Origin: Pyrinomonadaceae bacterium
GTDB taxonomy: Bacteria > Acidobacteriota > Blastocatellia > Pyrinomonadales > Pyrinomonadaceae
Length of the DNA stretch: 64,000 nucleotides
NCBI GenBank assembly: GCA_036389375.1
Contig: DASVQA010000076.1
Coordinates: forward strand, 2,669 to 66,668
Reading direction: 5' to 3'
The notes under the pieces were generated by a model, which did no database searches, was not told where the DNA came from, and worked only from the letters and a program-made list of their open reading frames with translations. Numbering within the stretch: position 1 is the first letter of the stretch; every line of letters begins with the position of its first letter. The position numbers were made by a program, and so were the translations under genes. This document shows, one piece after another, positions 9,277-19,341 of this stretch.

Positions 9277-9913
9277 TGACGGTTGTGCCGTTGGGAATGT
9301 TGTCGAAGAGTTCTTTGATGTCGGCGTTGGCCAGCGCAATGCAGCCCCACGTCCAGTCTGAGTCTGTGCCGCCGCCGTGCAGCATCACCTCGCCGCCGAG
9401 CGCGGTGTCCCAAGGCGGCTGTCGTTTGCGCCGGATGGCGCGCACGATGCGGTCGTGCTGCGCCTGCGTGATGAGGCCCGCGCGCAAGCCGCGCGCGGCA
9501 TCTTCAGCATTCGGGTAGCTCAAGCCGAGCGAGAGATAAAACTGACTCTGCGCGTTTTTAGCGCAGACGTAGAACTCGCCTTCGGGCGTGCGCCGGTCGC
9601 CCTGTCGCTCCTTGTCGTCCGACGGACTCAGACCGAGCGCGACGCGGTAAGTTTTAACGAGCCGACCGGCGGAATAGAGTGCGAGTTCGCGCCGACTTTT
9701 ATTGATGATGATGCGCGGCGCGACGAGCGGCAGCTTGAGCGGCGCGGGCGTGGGCGTGGACAGGGGCGCGGGCGCGCTGTTTGTGGGCGCTGCGACATGC
9801 GGGGCGAGCGCCGTCATGCCGACCTCGGCGCGCTGGCACGCGCCGACAAGCACGACGCAGATGGTCGCGCAGGCGGCGAGTAGGCTTAGCCGTGCAGGCA
9901 CACGAGATGGCAT
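9263..9913 (-). CDS. L,D-transpeptidase (YkuD domain) lipoprotein
   Basis: Lipoprotein signal ...VVLVGAC; catalytic motif ...MLHGGGTDSDWTWGCIALANADIKELF. Its 3' end overlaps the convergent PAP2 gene by 14 nt. Confidence 0.85.
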   Translation of the reverse strand: MPSRVPARLSLLAACATICVVLVGACQRAEVGMTALAPHVAAPTNSAPAPLSTPTPAPLKLPLVAPRIIINKSRRELALYSAGRLVKTYRVALGLSPSDDKERQGDRRTPEGEFYVCAKNAQSQFYLSLGLSYPNAEDAARGLRAGLITQAQHDRIVRAIRRKRQPPWDTALGGEVMLHGGGTDSDWTWGCIALANADIKELFDNIPNGTTVIIEH

Positions 9914-10030
9914 GGGAGCAGTTAGACAAACGCGCGCGCGAATTTGTTCCCAAACGCTTGCCGGGCGCGCATCAGCTTTGCGCGCGCCGTTGCGACTTAG
10001 ACCGCTTGCCCGGTGACTTGGGCTGTTTGT

Positions 10031-11677
10031 TTACGGCAGGAGTCGCCAGTTGTGCGTCGGCTCAGGCGGGATGCGTTTGTGCTGCTCGACCCAGTCGATG
10101 ATCAACTCGCGTATCTCCTCGCTTGAGCGGAACAGTTCGGGCGCGCCCCGGTACATCGTGTAACCGCCGCCGCCGTTGACGCGATAGTTGTTCGTGGCGA
10201 GTTTGAGCTTCTGTGTTGCGCTCAAGGGCTGACCGCGCCAGCGCAAGTTCTGGATGCGTTGCCCGATGGGTTTGGTGATGTCCAGATCGTAAGTGACGCC
10301 TTCGGCAATGTCGAAGTTGTAGCCGGGAATCTTTTCGTCCACGAGCGCGGCGGCGGACTGGCCCGGCGCGTAGGTTTTGAAATATCGCGCCGAGTGCTCC
10401 AACGCATCCTTCAATTGCTGCCCCGTCACTTCGATGACGACCAGCGTGTTCTCGTACTCGTAGAGCGCCGCGATGTCGCGCACCGTGACGGGGCCGCGCG
10501 CGACGTGCGCCGCCGGATTGAAACTCGCCGCCATCGAAACGTCCGCGCGGCCGGCGTCCAGTTGCACGCGGTGGATGAGATCGAGCAGGGCGTTATCGCC
10601 GAGGCGCGCATCCTGCGCGGAGAGTTCAACGGCCGATTCGCCGATCACATGGTTGAGCCATGCTTGCGTCTCGCGGTCGTAAGGTTCTGCGAGTTTCATG
10701 GTGGCTGCATCCGGCGCGGACGCTTCGACGCTCAGCGTGCGCGCCTGTTTGGCGACGACCTGCCAGCGCCCGGCCTGCGCGCTCCTGGCAAAATAAACGT
10801 CCACGCGCGCCACATGCGACGCCCACCTATTCGCCTGCGTCAGCAGCACACCATTGATCAGCAAGTCGGGGACTTCGCGGTGCGTGTGCCCCATCAGGAT
10901 CACGTCCACGCCTTTGACCTGTTCGGCGATGGCGATGGCTTCGTTCTCGTGGGCCACCTGACCGGGCGTCACCTCGCCCGTGCGCAGGTCAGCGGCTAAC
11001 CCCATGTGCATCGCAATGACGACGAGATCGACGCGCTCCTTGTTGCGCAGCACGCCGACCCACTTCTGCGCTTCGGCGACTGGCGCGCGAAATTCCAGCC
11101 CCGCGTAGTTCTCCTTGTTCTCCCAACTCGGAATGCCCGGCGTCGTCAGCCCAAGTATGCCGACGCGCACGCCGCCCACTTCTTTCACGAGATATGGCTG
11201 ATAGTAAGTCTCCTGCGTGCCGGTGCGGTAGGTGTTGGCGGAGAGCCACGGAAACTGCGCTTCGCGGCGTGCTTTGGCGAGCACGGCGAGACCGAAGTTG
11301 TATTCGTGATTGCCGACCGCGAGCGCGTCGTAGCCGAGCGCGTTCATGGCGAGCATCATCGGATCGGGCGGCGCGTTGTTCAGCTTGTTGTGAAAGTATT
11401 CGAGCGGCGTGCCCTGAATCGTGTCGCCTGAATCAAGGAGCAGCGCCGCCGGGTTCTCCTTGCGAATTTGCTTGATGATGGTCGCGGCTTTCGCCAAGCC
11501 GCGCGCGTCCGGTTTGTTCGTGTAGTAGTCGAGCGGGTAGATGTTGCCGTGCAGGTCGGTCGTCGAGATGATGGTCACCCACGCGCGCTGCGGCGCAAGG
11601 TTGGCGCTTGAGGGCCAGCACAGCACGAAGACCGCCAACAAGCCAGCCAGCCAGATACTCGTTCGATTAACTTTCAT
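10031..11677 (-). CDS. Secreted bifunctional metallophosphatase/5'-nucleotidase (UshA/CpdB-like)
   Basis: Signal peptide; TTDLHGN, DSGDTIQGTP, GNHEYNFG, MGHTH metallophosphoesterase motifs plus a C-terminal nucleotidase domain. Confidence 0.85.
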   Translation of the reverse strand: MKVNRTSIWLAGLLAVFVLCWPSSANLAPQRAWVTIISTTDLHGNIYPLDYYTNKPDARGLAKAATIIKQIRKENPAALLLDSGDTIQGTPLEYFHNKLNNAPPDPMMLAMNALGYDALAVGNHEYNFGLAVLAKARREAQFPWLSANTYRTGTQETYYQPYLVKEVGGVRVGILGLTTPGIPSWENKENYAGLEFRAPVAEAQKWVGVLRNKERVDLVVIAMHMGLAADLRTGEVTPGQVAHENEAIAIAEQVKGVDVILMGHTHREVPDLLINGVLLTQANRWASHVARVDVYFARSAQAGRWQVVAKQARTLSVEASAPDAATMKLAEPYDRETQAWLNHVIGESAVELSAQDARLGDNALLDLIHRVQLDAGRADVSMAASFNPAAHVARGPVTVRDIAALYEYENTLVVIEVTGQQLKDALEHSARYFKTYAPGQSAAALVDEKIPGYNFDIAEGVTYDLDITKPIGQRIQNLRWRGQPLSATQKLKLATNNYRVNGGGGYTMYRGAPELFRSSEEIRELIIDWVEQHKRIPPEPTHNWRLLP

Positions 11678-11746
11678 CCTGCATCAATCTCTGCGCCCTG
11701 ATTTGCATCTTTGCGTGAGAATTTTCTAAAGACTAAGAGGGCGGTC

Positions 11747-13408
11747 TTACTGTGCGACATAGACCTCGACGGCGCTTAGACCGTTCACGTAGCCTTCGTA
11801 AATTTTGGGAAATTGCTGACGCACCTGCGCCATCTTGTCGCGGTTCTCAAAGTAGGTGCGCCCGCGTTGGAGGATGAAATAGACGGGGCGCGGCTGCGCG
11901 TTCACGTCAAACTGCGGGTCGGAGAGCGCGCGCGATTGCAGATCGGTGCGCCCGTACTGTTGCAGGTAATAGCGCACGACGCCGGGCGTCTCGTGCGCGA
12001 TGGTTGCACCGGGGGGGGCGTGTTCGCAGATGAGTTTGATCGCTTCGCGCAGGCCGTCGTCGTAGAACTCGTCGTGCGGGAAGTAGTAGCCCGCGCGCCC
12101 TGCGCCGAGCGCGTTCGTGTAGAGCGCGTAGTGCGGCCCCGCCTTGTATGCGAGCCAAGCCGGCACGGCCAGAAAGACGAGCAGCACGAGCGCGCGCAGC
12201 ACACGCGCGGGCGTCTGCCGACGATCATCCGGCCAGAGCGTCGCGCCCCAGCGCAGCAGCGCCGCGATGCCGACCGCCGCGATCATGTAGACGAGCGGCA
12301 GCAGCGAGAGCACGTAGCGCAACCATTTCGCGCCGACCAGCGAATAGGGCACGATCCAGAGCGCGAACATGAGCAGCACAAACGCGGGGCCGGGTTTGCG
12401 CCACGCGCGCACGCAGACGGCGAAACCCAGCACGAAGGCGACGAGCAGCGGGAGCGGCGTCTTGATCGCCAGATAGAGCGCGTAGAAGTAGGCGGGCGTG
12501 CCGAAGGGCGTCTGCGACAGCACGTTCTGATAGAGCGTGTTGCCCATCAGGTAGCCGTGATGCGTCAGCAGTTTCTCGCCCGAATAGGCGTCCAGATATT
12601 GCCACGTGCGCGGCCAGAACAGCGCGAAGTTGGCGAGCACGAAAGGGATGGGCAGGACGAGGTAGAAGAAGCCGGGCGTGCGCCCCGCCGGCTCGCCCGG
12701 CTCACGCTGACGCTGCTGAACGAGATGGTGATAGAGCATGTTCAGCCCGAAGTAGTGCGGGAAATACTTCGACGCCAGCATCAGCCCGAACGAGATGGCG
12801 CTCCAAATGTAGAAGCGTTTCTTGCGCTGCTCGGCAAAACCGCTCGTCTGTTTAGCGCGCAGGTAGAAGTAGAAGGCAAAGAGCATGAAGAAGACTAAGA
12901 GCGTGTCCTCTTTGCCGATGCGGTTGTAGGTGATGGCGTTGACGCCGAAGGCCCAGAGCGTGGCGGCGATAAGCCCCGTCCGCCGGTCGAAGAGTGCGGC
13001 GGTCAATAGAAAGAGCGGGCAGACTGTGAGCGCGCCAAAGAGCACGTTCGGCAGCCGCAGCCCGGCCTCTTCGCTGATTCGCTGCGCGGGCGCGGCGTGC
13101 GCGTTCCAACGCGCCGTCGCACCGAGCGAGAGGAAGATGAGCGCCTTCATCAACATCGGATGTTCGGCGTTCTGCGTCACATCGCCCCGCCCGTAGGCGC
13201 GCACGGCGTCGAGTTTGTTGATCTCGTCCTCGGCAAACCCGGCGCTGCCAAGTTCGCGCAGGCGCAGGCCCGCGCCGCACAGGCACAGCAAGACGAGCAC
13301 GAGCGCCAAGCGCCGGTCGAGCAGCCGCCCGCGCCGCTCCGGCGCACGCGCCGCCGCGACCGCCGGCAACTCTAACTCTTCAGTTGTCAGTTCGACGGAT
13401 TGCACCAT
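11747..13408 (-). CDS. ArnT/PMT-like (GT39/GT83-type) membrane glycosyltransferase
   Basis: Long polytopic protein with a ...FAEDEINKLDAVRAY... loop and about 10 TM segments. ATG at rc 13406-13408 preferred over the upstream TTG. Confidence 0.65.
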   Translation of the reverse strand: MVQSVELTTEELELPAVAAARAPERRGRLLDRRLALVLVLLCLCGAGLRLRELGSAGFAEDEINKLDAVRAYGRGDVTQNAEHPMLMKALIFLSLGATARWNAHAAPAQRISEEAGLRLPNVLFGALTVCPLFLLTAALFDRRTGLIAATLWAFGVNAITYNRIGKEDTLLVFFMLFAFYFYLRAKQTSGFAEQRKKRFYIWSAISFGLMLASKYFPHYFGLNMLYHHLVQQRQREPGEPAGRTPGFFYLVLPIPFVLANFALFWPRTWQYLDAYSGEKLLTHHGYLMGNTLYQNVLSQTPFGTPAYFYALYLAIKTPLPLLVAFVLGFAVCVRAWRKPGPAFVLLMFALWIVPYSLVGAKWLRYVLSLLPLVYMIAAVGIAALLRWGATLWPDDRRQTPARVLRALVLLVFLAVPAWLAYKAGPHYALYTNALGAGRAGYYFPHDEFYDDGLREAIKLICEHAPPGATIAHETPGVVRYYLQQYGRTDLQSRALSDPQFDVNAQPRPVYFILQRGRTYFENRDKMAQVRQQFPKIYEGYVNGLSAVEVYVAQ

Positions 13409-13478
13409 GATTAAGGCATGACGAAGGCGGCGGCTCCCTGCGGCGGGCCGCAATGAAACCCGGCGCTTGCTTTAGCCT

Positions 13479-14555
13479 TCATCGCTCCGCGTTCATCGTT
13501 TTCATTTGGGCGGCGAGGCTTGCCTGCGCTTCGACGGCGACGGCGCGTGGATTGAGACCCTGCCGGACAAGGAGCGCAATACCGATGATCGTCCAGACGA
13601 CGACGCGCGCCTTGCGCACGATGGCGAGCGCCACACCACTCGTCGTGCCGAGTTGCAGGGCGGCGGTGAACTGCCCCGTGCCCGCCTCGTCCACGCCCAC
13701 ACGCATCGGCACGAACTTGAAGATCACGTTGATCACGCGGTTGACCGATTCCAACACAAAGGCCGCCAACCACGTCGGCCGCACGGGGCTGATGAAGTAG
13801 AGCGTCACATAAATTTCGACGATGCCCGCAAGATGAAAGCCGGCTTCCAGGAGCAGGATCGGCAGAAAGCGCGCCCGGTTGCGCGCATAGAAACCGTAGA
13901 CGCGTTCCTCGACGGCGGCGATCCGCACGCGCCGCGTCTCCAACCAGCCGCGAAAGATGCGCCGCGCATACAAAAATTCCAGCGCCCGACTGACGAATCG
14001 CCACTGTCTTTGCACGACCACGTAGCCCAGCAGCACGAAGACGACGACGCCCGCGATTGTGCCCAGACAGACGATGCGTAGCTTCTGCGGCAGCGGGAAA
14101 CTCAGGAGCAGCGAGACGAGGCCGGCGAGAATAAAGAGCGCGACCGAGAGACTGTAGAACAGGTTCTCGACCGCGATGGCGGCGACCGCCGTGCCGAGCG
14201 GGACGCGGTCGCGCACGAGCGCCGCCTTAGTCGGTTCGCTGACGACGATGCCGAGCGGCATCACGTTGCCGAGCGCATCGCCCGCGAGGTATGCGCGCAG
14301 CGCGTCGCGCAGCCGCAAAATGTGCGGCGCTTCAAAGCAGCGCGTCCAGGCGAGCGAGCGCACGAGCGGGCGCACGCCGGAGACGAGCAGCACGAGCAGG
14401 AAGCCCGCGCCCAGATCGAGCATGCTGCGCCAGATGTCGCGCGGGCCTGCGCGCCAGACGTAGTAGGCAAAGAGCAGCAGCCCCAGCGCGGCGAAGAGGA
14501 CGCCGGCCGGCGTAAAGCGTCTGGTCGTACTCTCTTCTGTAATCTGGTCGCTCAT
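13479..14555 (-). CDS. Flippase-like (lysylphosphatidylglycerol synthase TM region, UPF0104-type) membrane protein
   Basis: 358 aa polytopic with typical RAYLAGDALGNVMPLG...E and late ...VPMRVGVDEAG... segments. Immediately upstream of the glycosyltransferase on the same strand. Confidence 0.6.
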   Translation of the reverse strand: MSDQITEESTTRRFTPAGVLFAALGLLLFAYYVWRAGPRDIWRSMLDLGAGFLLVLLVSGVRPLVRSLAWTRCFEAPHILRLRDALRAYLAGDALGNVMPLGIVVSEPTKAALVRDRVPLGTAVAAIAVENLFYSLSVALFILAGLVSLLLSFPLPQKLRIVCLGTIAGVVVFVLLGYVVVQRQWRFVSRALEFLYARRIFRGWLETRRVRIAAVEERVYGFYARNRARFLPILLLEAGFHLAGIVEIYVTLYFISPVRPTWLAAFVLESVNRVINVIFKFVPMRVGVDEAGTGQFTAALQLGTTSGVALAIVRKARVVVWTIIGIALLVRQGLNPRAVAVEAQASLAAQMKTMNAER

Positions 14556-14975
14556 TCGTTGCGCGCGCCGAGGCAGGGCGGAGTCCTTATTCTGTGTGCG
14601 TTCGTGATCAGCGAGTAAAGTGCAAGATACGTGATTGCGCCGCGAGTCTCAACCGCGCGGGCGGCGGGCGCGCACGTCTGGCGGCCCGGCCCGGCCAGCC
14701 ATAGCAGTGCAAGCGGCGCGCCATTTCGTGCGCCGCCGCGCGCCTTGCGCCCGCGCCGCTTTTTCAACCTGTGCCGCCATATGTATGCGCCGGATGACGA
14801 AGAAATGCGGCGCGGCGGCGGTCGCCGCGCGCCACCTGCTTTGACATGCAGATGGCGCGCGGCGCGTGGTCGCGCAACTGCGTCGTCGCGGGTTGACCGG
14901 AGACGCGTTGATCAGCGATGCTACGTGCTTACAGCCAACAGTCAAAGACAGCTTCTAATAGAGGGCGTTATAGCT

Positions 14976-16151
14976 ATGAGTAAAGCAGCCACAGAGGTTC
15001 TGACCGGGACGCCGTTGACCATCTACTCGGAAGACGAACAGATGTTTCGCGCCAGCGTGCGCGAGTTTGCCGAGGGCGAGATTCGCCCGCGCGTCGAGCA
15101 GATGGACGAAGCCGGCAAGATGGACGCCAATATCATCAGGCAACTGTTCGAGCTTGGGCTGATGGGCGTCGAGACGCCCGAAGAGTACGGCGGCGCGGGC
15201 GCGTCCTTTTTCACCGCGATCATCGGCGTCGAAGAACTGTCGCGCGTCGATCCGTCGGTCGGCGTGCTGATGGATGTGCAGAACACGCTGGTCAACAACG
15301 CCCTGATCCGCTGGGGCAACCCCGAACAGAAAAAGAGATACCTGACGCAACTCGCCACCGACAAGGTCGGGGCTTACGCGCTCTCGGAAGCCGGCTCCGG
15401 CTCGGACGCCTTCGCCATGCAGACGAAAGCCGTCGATCAAGGCGACCACTTCCTGCTCAACGGCCAGAAACTCTGGATCACGAATGGCAACGAGGCCGAG
15501 ATTTTCGTCGTTTTCGCCAACGCGAACCCCGAAGAGGGCTATCGCGGCATCACCGCCTTCATCGTCGAGAAAGGCTTCCCCGGCTTCGCCGTCGGCAAGA
15601 AGGAGAACAAACTCGGCATCCGCGCCTCTTCGACCACCGAGATCATCTTCGACAACTGCCGCGTGCCGAAAGAGAACTTGCTCGGCGAGTTTGGCAAGGG
15701 CTACAAAGTCTCCATCGAGACCTTGAATGAAGGGCGCATCGGCATCGGCGCACAGATGATTGGCCTTGCGCGCGGCGCACTCGAAGCGGCGCTCAGCTAC
15801 ACGAACGAACGGCAACAGTTCGGCAAGTCCATCAATCAATTTCAGGGCGTGCAATTTCAACTGGCCGAGATGGCCACCGATCTCGAAGCCGCGCGCCTGA
15901 TGGTCTACAACGCGGCGCGGCTGAAGGACGCGGGGCTGCCCTTCGTCAAAGAAGCGGCCATGGCCAAACTCACCTCTTCGCGCGTGGCCGAGCGCATCGC
16001 CTCGAAAGCGATTGAACTCTACGGCGGCTACGGCTACGTCAAAGATTACCCGGTCGAAAAATACTGGCGCGACTCGAAGATCGGCGCGATCTACGAGGGC
16101 ACGTCCAACATGCAGTTGCAGACGATTGCCAAACTGATCATCGGTAAGTAG
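14976..16151 (+). CDS. Acyl-CoA dehydrogenase (short/branched-chain type)
   Basis: [11 protein letters not shown]...[15 protein letters not shown]...[13 protein letters not shown]...WITNG...[21 protein letters not shown]...YEGTSNMQ. The Arg-rich N-terminal 115 aa of the track ORF is rejected. Confidence 0.9.
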   Translation: MSKAATEVLTGTPLTIYSEDEQMFRASVREFAEGEIRPRVEQMDEAGKMDANIIRQLFELGLMGVETPEEYGGAGASFFTAIIGVEELSRVDPSVGVLMDVQNTLVNNALIRWGNPEQKKRYLTQLATDKVGAYALSEAGSGSDAFAMQTKAVDQGDHFLLNGQKLWITNGNEAEIFVVFANANPEEGYRGITAFIVEKGFPGFAVGKKENKLGIRASSTTEIIFDNCRVPKENLLGEFGKGYKVSIETLNEGRIGIGAQMIGLARGALEAALSYTNERQQFGKSINQFQGVQFQLAEMATDLEAARLMVYNAARLKDAGLPFVKEAAMAKLTSSRVAERIASKAIELYGGYGYVKDYPVEKYWRDSKIGAIYEGTSNMQLQTIAKLIIGK

Positions 16152-16175
16152 GCGCACTCCGCAGGCGAACTGATT

Positions 16176-16496
16176 ATGACCGCATCACGCATAGAAGTCT
16201 TCGAGCAGATGCTCGCCAGCGACCCCGACAATACGATGGTCATGTTCGGGCTGGCGAAAGAGTACGAGAAACTTGAGCGGCACGCCGACGTGGTCGCCCT
16301 GCTCAACGACTACCTGAAGCGCGCCAACGACGAGGGCAACGCCTACGGCATGCTCGCGCGCGCCTATGAACGCTTAGGCAACCGCACGGCCGCCAAGGCC
16401 ACCTATCAGCGCGGCATCGAAGTGGCGACCGCGCACGGCCATCCCTCGATGGCGGAAGACTATCGCATGACGATTGAGAGCGATTACGCAGACTGA
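16176..16496 (+). CDS. Small TPR-like protein
   Basis: 106 aa of helical repeats: FGLAKEYEKLERHADVVALLNDYLK...YGMLARAYERLGNRTAAKATYQRGIEVA. Confidence 0.6.
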   Translation: MTASRIEVFEQMLASDPDNTMVMFGLAKEYEKLERHADVVALLNDYLKRANDEGNAYGMLARAYERLGNRTAAKATYQRGIEVATAHGHPSMAEDYRMTIESDYAD

Positions 16497-16507
16497 GCGA
16501 GCGCGTT

Positions 16508-16714
16508 ATGGAAGAACTGATCTTCGTGGTTGAAAATGCACTGGAGGGCGGTTATACCGCGCGGGCATTGGGCACGTCGATCTTCACCGAAGCCGACGAC
16601 TTGGCCGGACTGCGCGAGCAGGTGCGTGACGCCGTGCGCTGCCACTTCGATGAAGGACAGGGGCCGAAAATTATCCGGCTGCACTTTGTTCGGGAGGAAG
16701 TGATCGCAGCATGA
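16508..16714 (+). CDS. hicB: HicB-like antitoxin (short form, no DNA-binding domain)
   Basis: MEELIFVVENALEGGYTARALGTSIFTEADDLAGLREQVRDAV has the HicB/UPF0150-type N-terminal fold signature. Its stop overlaps the next ATG (ATGA). Confidence 0.65.
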   Translation: MEELIFVVENALEGGYTARALGTSIFTEADDLAGLREQVRDAVRCHFDEGQGPKIIRLHFVREEVIAA

Positions 16715-16953
16715 AGCTGCCCCGTGATGTGTCGGGCGACGCGCTGGCTAAGGCGCTTAAAGCCCTCGGCTATCAGATCACGAGGCAGACGGGCAGTCAC
16801 TTGCGTTTGACTACAATGGAGAATGGCGAGCACCACATCACCATTCCGCGACATGACTCGTTGCGCATTGGCACATTCGCCGCAGTCATTGATGATGTCG
16901 CAACGCACTTTGGTTTGACGCGGGATCAATTATTGGCGCGCATTAAATTGTAA
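16711..16953 (+). CDS. hicA: HicA-like toxin (YcfA family)
   Basis: [34 protein letters not shown]...[12 protein letters not shown] is a HicA-type dsRBD-like motif with the catalytic GSH. Confidence 0.7.
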   Translation: MKLPRDVSGDALAKALKALGYQITRQTGSHLRLTTMENGEHHITIPRHDSLRIGTFAAVIDDVATHFGLTRDQLLARIKL

Positions 16954-16976
16954 GACTGGAGCAGGAGTTTAGCGAC

Positions 16977-19097
16977 ATGGCGACCGAGTTGCAGACGCGA
17001 GAGTATCAGGGCTTGAGCCGCGAGCAGTTGGTGGGTATCTACCGGACAATGTACCTGTCGCGGCGGATCGACGATAAGGAGATACAGCTTAAGGCGCAAT
17101 CGAAAATCTTCTTCCAGATTAGCGGCGCGGGGCACGAGGCGGTGCTGGTCGCCGCCGGGCTGGCCCTGCGACCCGGCTATGACTGGTTCTATCCGTATTA
17201 CCGCGACCGCGCGCTCTGTTTGCAGCTTGGCATGACGCCGCACGAACAGTTGCTCTCGGCCGTGGCGGCGGCCGCCGATCCGAACTCGCACGGTCGCCAG
17301 ATGCCCTCCCACTGGGGGCACAAAAAACTGAACATCGTCTCGCAGTCGTCGCCGACGGGCACGCAGTGCTTGCAGGCGGTTGGTTGCGCCGAGGCGGGCT
17401 ATCGCTTCCAGTTGATCGCGGAGCTAAAGGACAAGGTCGAGCAGTTTCACGCGGACGAGGTAGTTTACGTCTCGCTCGGCGACGGCACGACGAGCGAGGG
17501 CGAGTTCTGGGAGGCGCTCAACACGGCCTGTAATCTGAAGTTGCCGGTGCTGTTCCTCGTCGAAGACAACGGCTACGCGATCAGCGTGCCGGTCGAGGTG
17601 CAGACGGCGGGCGGCGACATCTCGCGTCTCGTCGCAGGCTTCCCCGACCTGCTGATTCAAAAATGTGACGGCACTGACCCGCTCGAATCCCTGACGACGC
17701 TGCAACGCGCGGTGGACTACTGTCGCGCCCGACGCGGGCCGGCGCTCGTCCATGCGAAAGTGATCCGCCCGTATTCGCACTCGCTCTCGGACGATGAAAA
17801 ACTCTATCGCCCGGACGAGGAGCGCACGTCCGACGCCGAGCGCGATCCCGTCAAACGCTTCGGCGCGCGGCTGGTGGATGAAGGGATCGTGACACAGGAG
17901 GAGTTGCAGCAGATCAAGGACGAGGTGGACGCGGAGGTGAGCGCGGCGGCCGATGCGGCGCTCGCCAGCCCGCAGCCCGACCCGCAGACCGCGCTCGATT
18001 TCATCTACTCGCCCGACGTTGACCCGACCGCGCAGGCGTTCGACACGGAAGCCGTTGGCGGCGCGGAAGGCAAAGAGGGCACGATGGCCGATCTGATCAA
18101 TCGCTGTCTGCACGAAGAGATGGCGCGTGAGCCGCGCATCGTCGTCTTTGGCGAGGACGTGGCCGACGTGTCGCGCGAGGAATATCTCGAACAGGTCAAA
18201 GGCAAGGGCGGCGTCTTCAAAGTGACGGCGAACCTGCAACGCAAGTACGGCAGCGCGCGCGTCTTCAACTCGCCGCTCGCGGAAGCGAACATCGTCGGGC
18301 GGGCCATCGGCATGGCGACCAGAGGGCTGAAGCCGGTCGTCGAGATACAGTTCTTCGACTACATCTGGCCCGCCTATCACCAGATCAGAAACGAACTGGC
18401 GTTGATGCGTTGGCGCTCAGGCAATGAATGGCAGTGCCCCATCGTGATCCGCTGCCCCGTAGGCGGTTATCTGAAGGGCGGCGCGGTCTATCACTCGCAG
18501 TCGGGCGACACACTGTTCACGCACATACCGGGCTTGCGCGTCGTCTATCCGGCGACCGCGCGCGACGCCAACGGTCTGTTGCGCACGGCGATTCGCTGCG
18601 CCGACCCCGTCCTTTTCCTCGAACACAAGCACCTCTACCGGCAGGCTTACAACAAGTCGGCCTATCCGCCGGACGGCTTCCTGATCCCCTTCGGCAAAGC
18701 CAAGACCGTGCGCGCCGGCACAGACCTCTCCATCATCACCTACGGCGCGCTCGTCCAACGCTCGCTGACCGCCGCCAAACAGGCCGCCGAGCAGCAGGGC
18801 ATCAACGTGGAAGTCATAGACCTGCGCACGCTCGCGCCCTACGACTGGCCGGCCATCGTGCAGAGCGTCAAGCAGACCAACAAGGTCATCATCGCGCACG
18901 AAGACACGCGCACACACGGCTTCGGCGCGGAGATCGCCGCCCGCATCGCGGATGAACTCTTCGAGTACCTCGACGCCCCCGTCCGCCGCGTCGCCGCCCT
19001 CGACACCTTCGTCGCCTACGCCCCGCAGGTCGAAGACCACATCCTCCCGCAGATCGACGACGTGGCCCGCGCCATCACGGAACTTTACGCCTACTAA
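16977..19097 (+). CDS. Fused alpha/beta E1 component of a TPP-dependent 2-oxoacid (branched-chain type) dehydrogenase
   Basis: N-terminal alpha part ([14 protein letters not shown]...[15 protein letters not shown]), Pro-rich linker, beta part ([10 protein letters not shown]...GGVFKVT...[12 protein letters not shown]...EIQFFDY). Confidence 0.9.
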   Translation: MATELQTREYQGLSREQLVGIYRTMYLSRRIDDKEIQLKAQSKIFFQISGAGHEAVLVAAGLALRPGYDWFYPYYRDRALCLQLGMTPHEQLLSAVAAAADPNSHGRQMPSHWGHKKLNIVSQSSPTGTQCLQAVGCAEAGYRFQLIAELKDKVEQFHADEVVYVSLGDGTTSEGEFWEALNTACNLKLPVLFLVEDNGYAISVPVEVQTAGGDISRLVAGFPDLLIQKCDGTDPLESLTTLQRAVDYCRARRGPALVHAKVIRPYSHSLSDDEKLYRPDEERTSDAERDPVKRFGARLVDEGIVTQEELQQIKDEVDAEVSAAADAALASPQPDPQTALDFIYSPDVDPTAQAFDTEAVGGAEGKEGTMADLINRCLHEEMAREPRIVVFGEDVADVSREEYLEQVKGKGGVFKVTANLQRKYGSARVFNSPLAEANIVGRAIGMATRGLKPVVEIQFFDYIWPAYHQIRNELALMRWRSGNEWQCPIVIRCPVGGYLKGGAVYHSQSGDTLFTHIPGLRVVYPATARDANGLLRTAIRCADPVLFLEHKHLYRQAYNKSAYPPDGFLIPFGKAKTVRAGTDLSIITYGALVQRSLTAAKQAAEQQGINVEVIDLRTLAPYDWPAIVQSVKQTNKVIIAHEDTRTHGFGAEIAARIADELFEYLDAPVRRVAALDTFVAYAPQVEDHILPQIDDVARAITELYAY

Positions 19098-19117
19098 GGG
19101 GGCAGCTAGATCACAAA

Positions 19118-19150
19118 GGGGCGACCGGCCAATCCGGTCGCCCCTTTGTT
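19118..19150 (+). terminator. Rho-independent terminator of the E1 gene
   Basis: GGGGCGACCGG-ccaat-CCGGTCGCCCC followed by TTTGTT. Confidence 0.8.
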
Positions 19151-19164
19151 CATGCCGATAAGCC

Positions 19165-19314
19165 GCCTAAGCTCCCGCCATTAAGAGCCGTCTAATCTGC
19201 CGCCCTGTTTCGTAAGTCGTTGCAAATTCAGGACTGAAGTAATAGCTTAAGATATTAGACGGCTAATCGGGCGTATTTGTCGGTAGCAGTTAGGGCGTCT
19301 AATTTAAGTTAGGC
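19165..19314 (+). repeat. Left junction of the cassette region: nested inverted/direct repeats with attC/attI-like boxes
   Basis: GCCTAAG (19165-19171) and GTTAGGC (19308-19314) are a near-complementary outer pair. Perfect 11-bp inverted repeat AGCCGTCTAAT (19186-19196) / ATTAGACGGCT (19254-19264). Third copy GGCGTCTAAT at 19294-19303. GTTAGGG (19289) and GTTAGGC (19308) are direct repeats. Confidence 0.45.
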
Positions 19315-19341
19315 TTCTAAACTTGAGAGGGTTTAGAGGAA

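Noticed and set aside
14631-14975. 115-aa Arg-rich N-terminal extension of the acyl-CoA dehydrogenase ORF, and other ORFs in the 420-bp GC-rich spacer 14556-14975.
   Set aside because: The composition is non-protein-like (poly-R/A/P). The conserved dehydrogenase sequence starts at MSKAATEV (ATG 14976). I saw no motif or repeat in the spacer that I could support.
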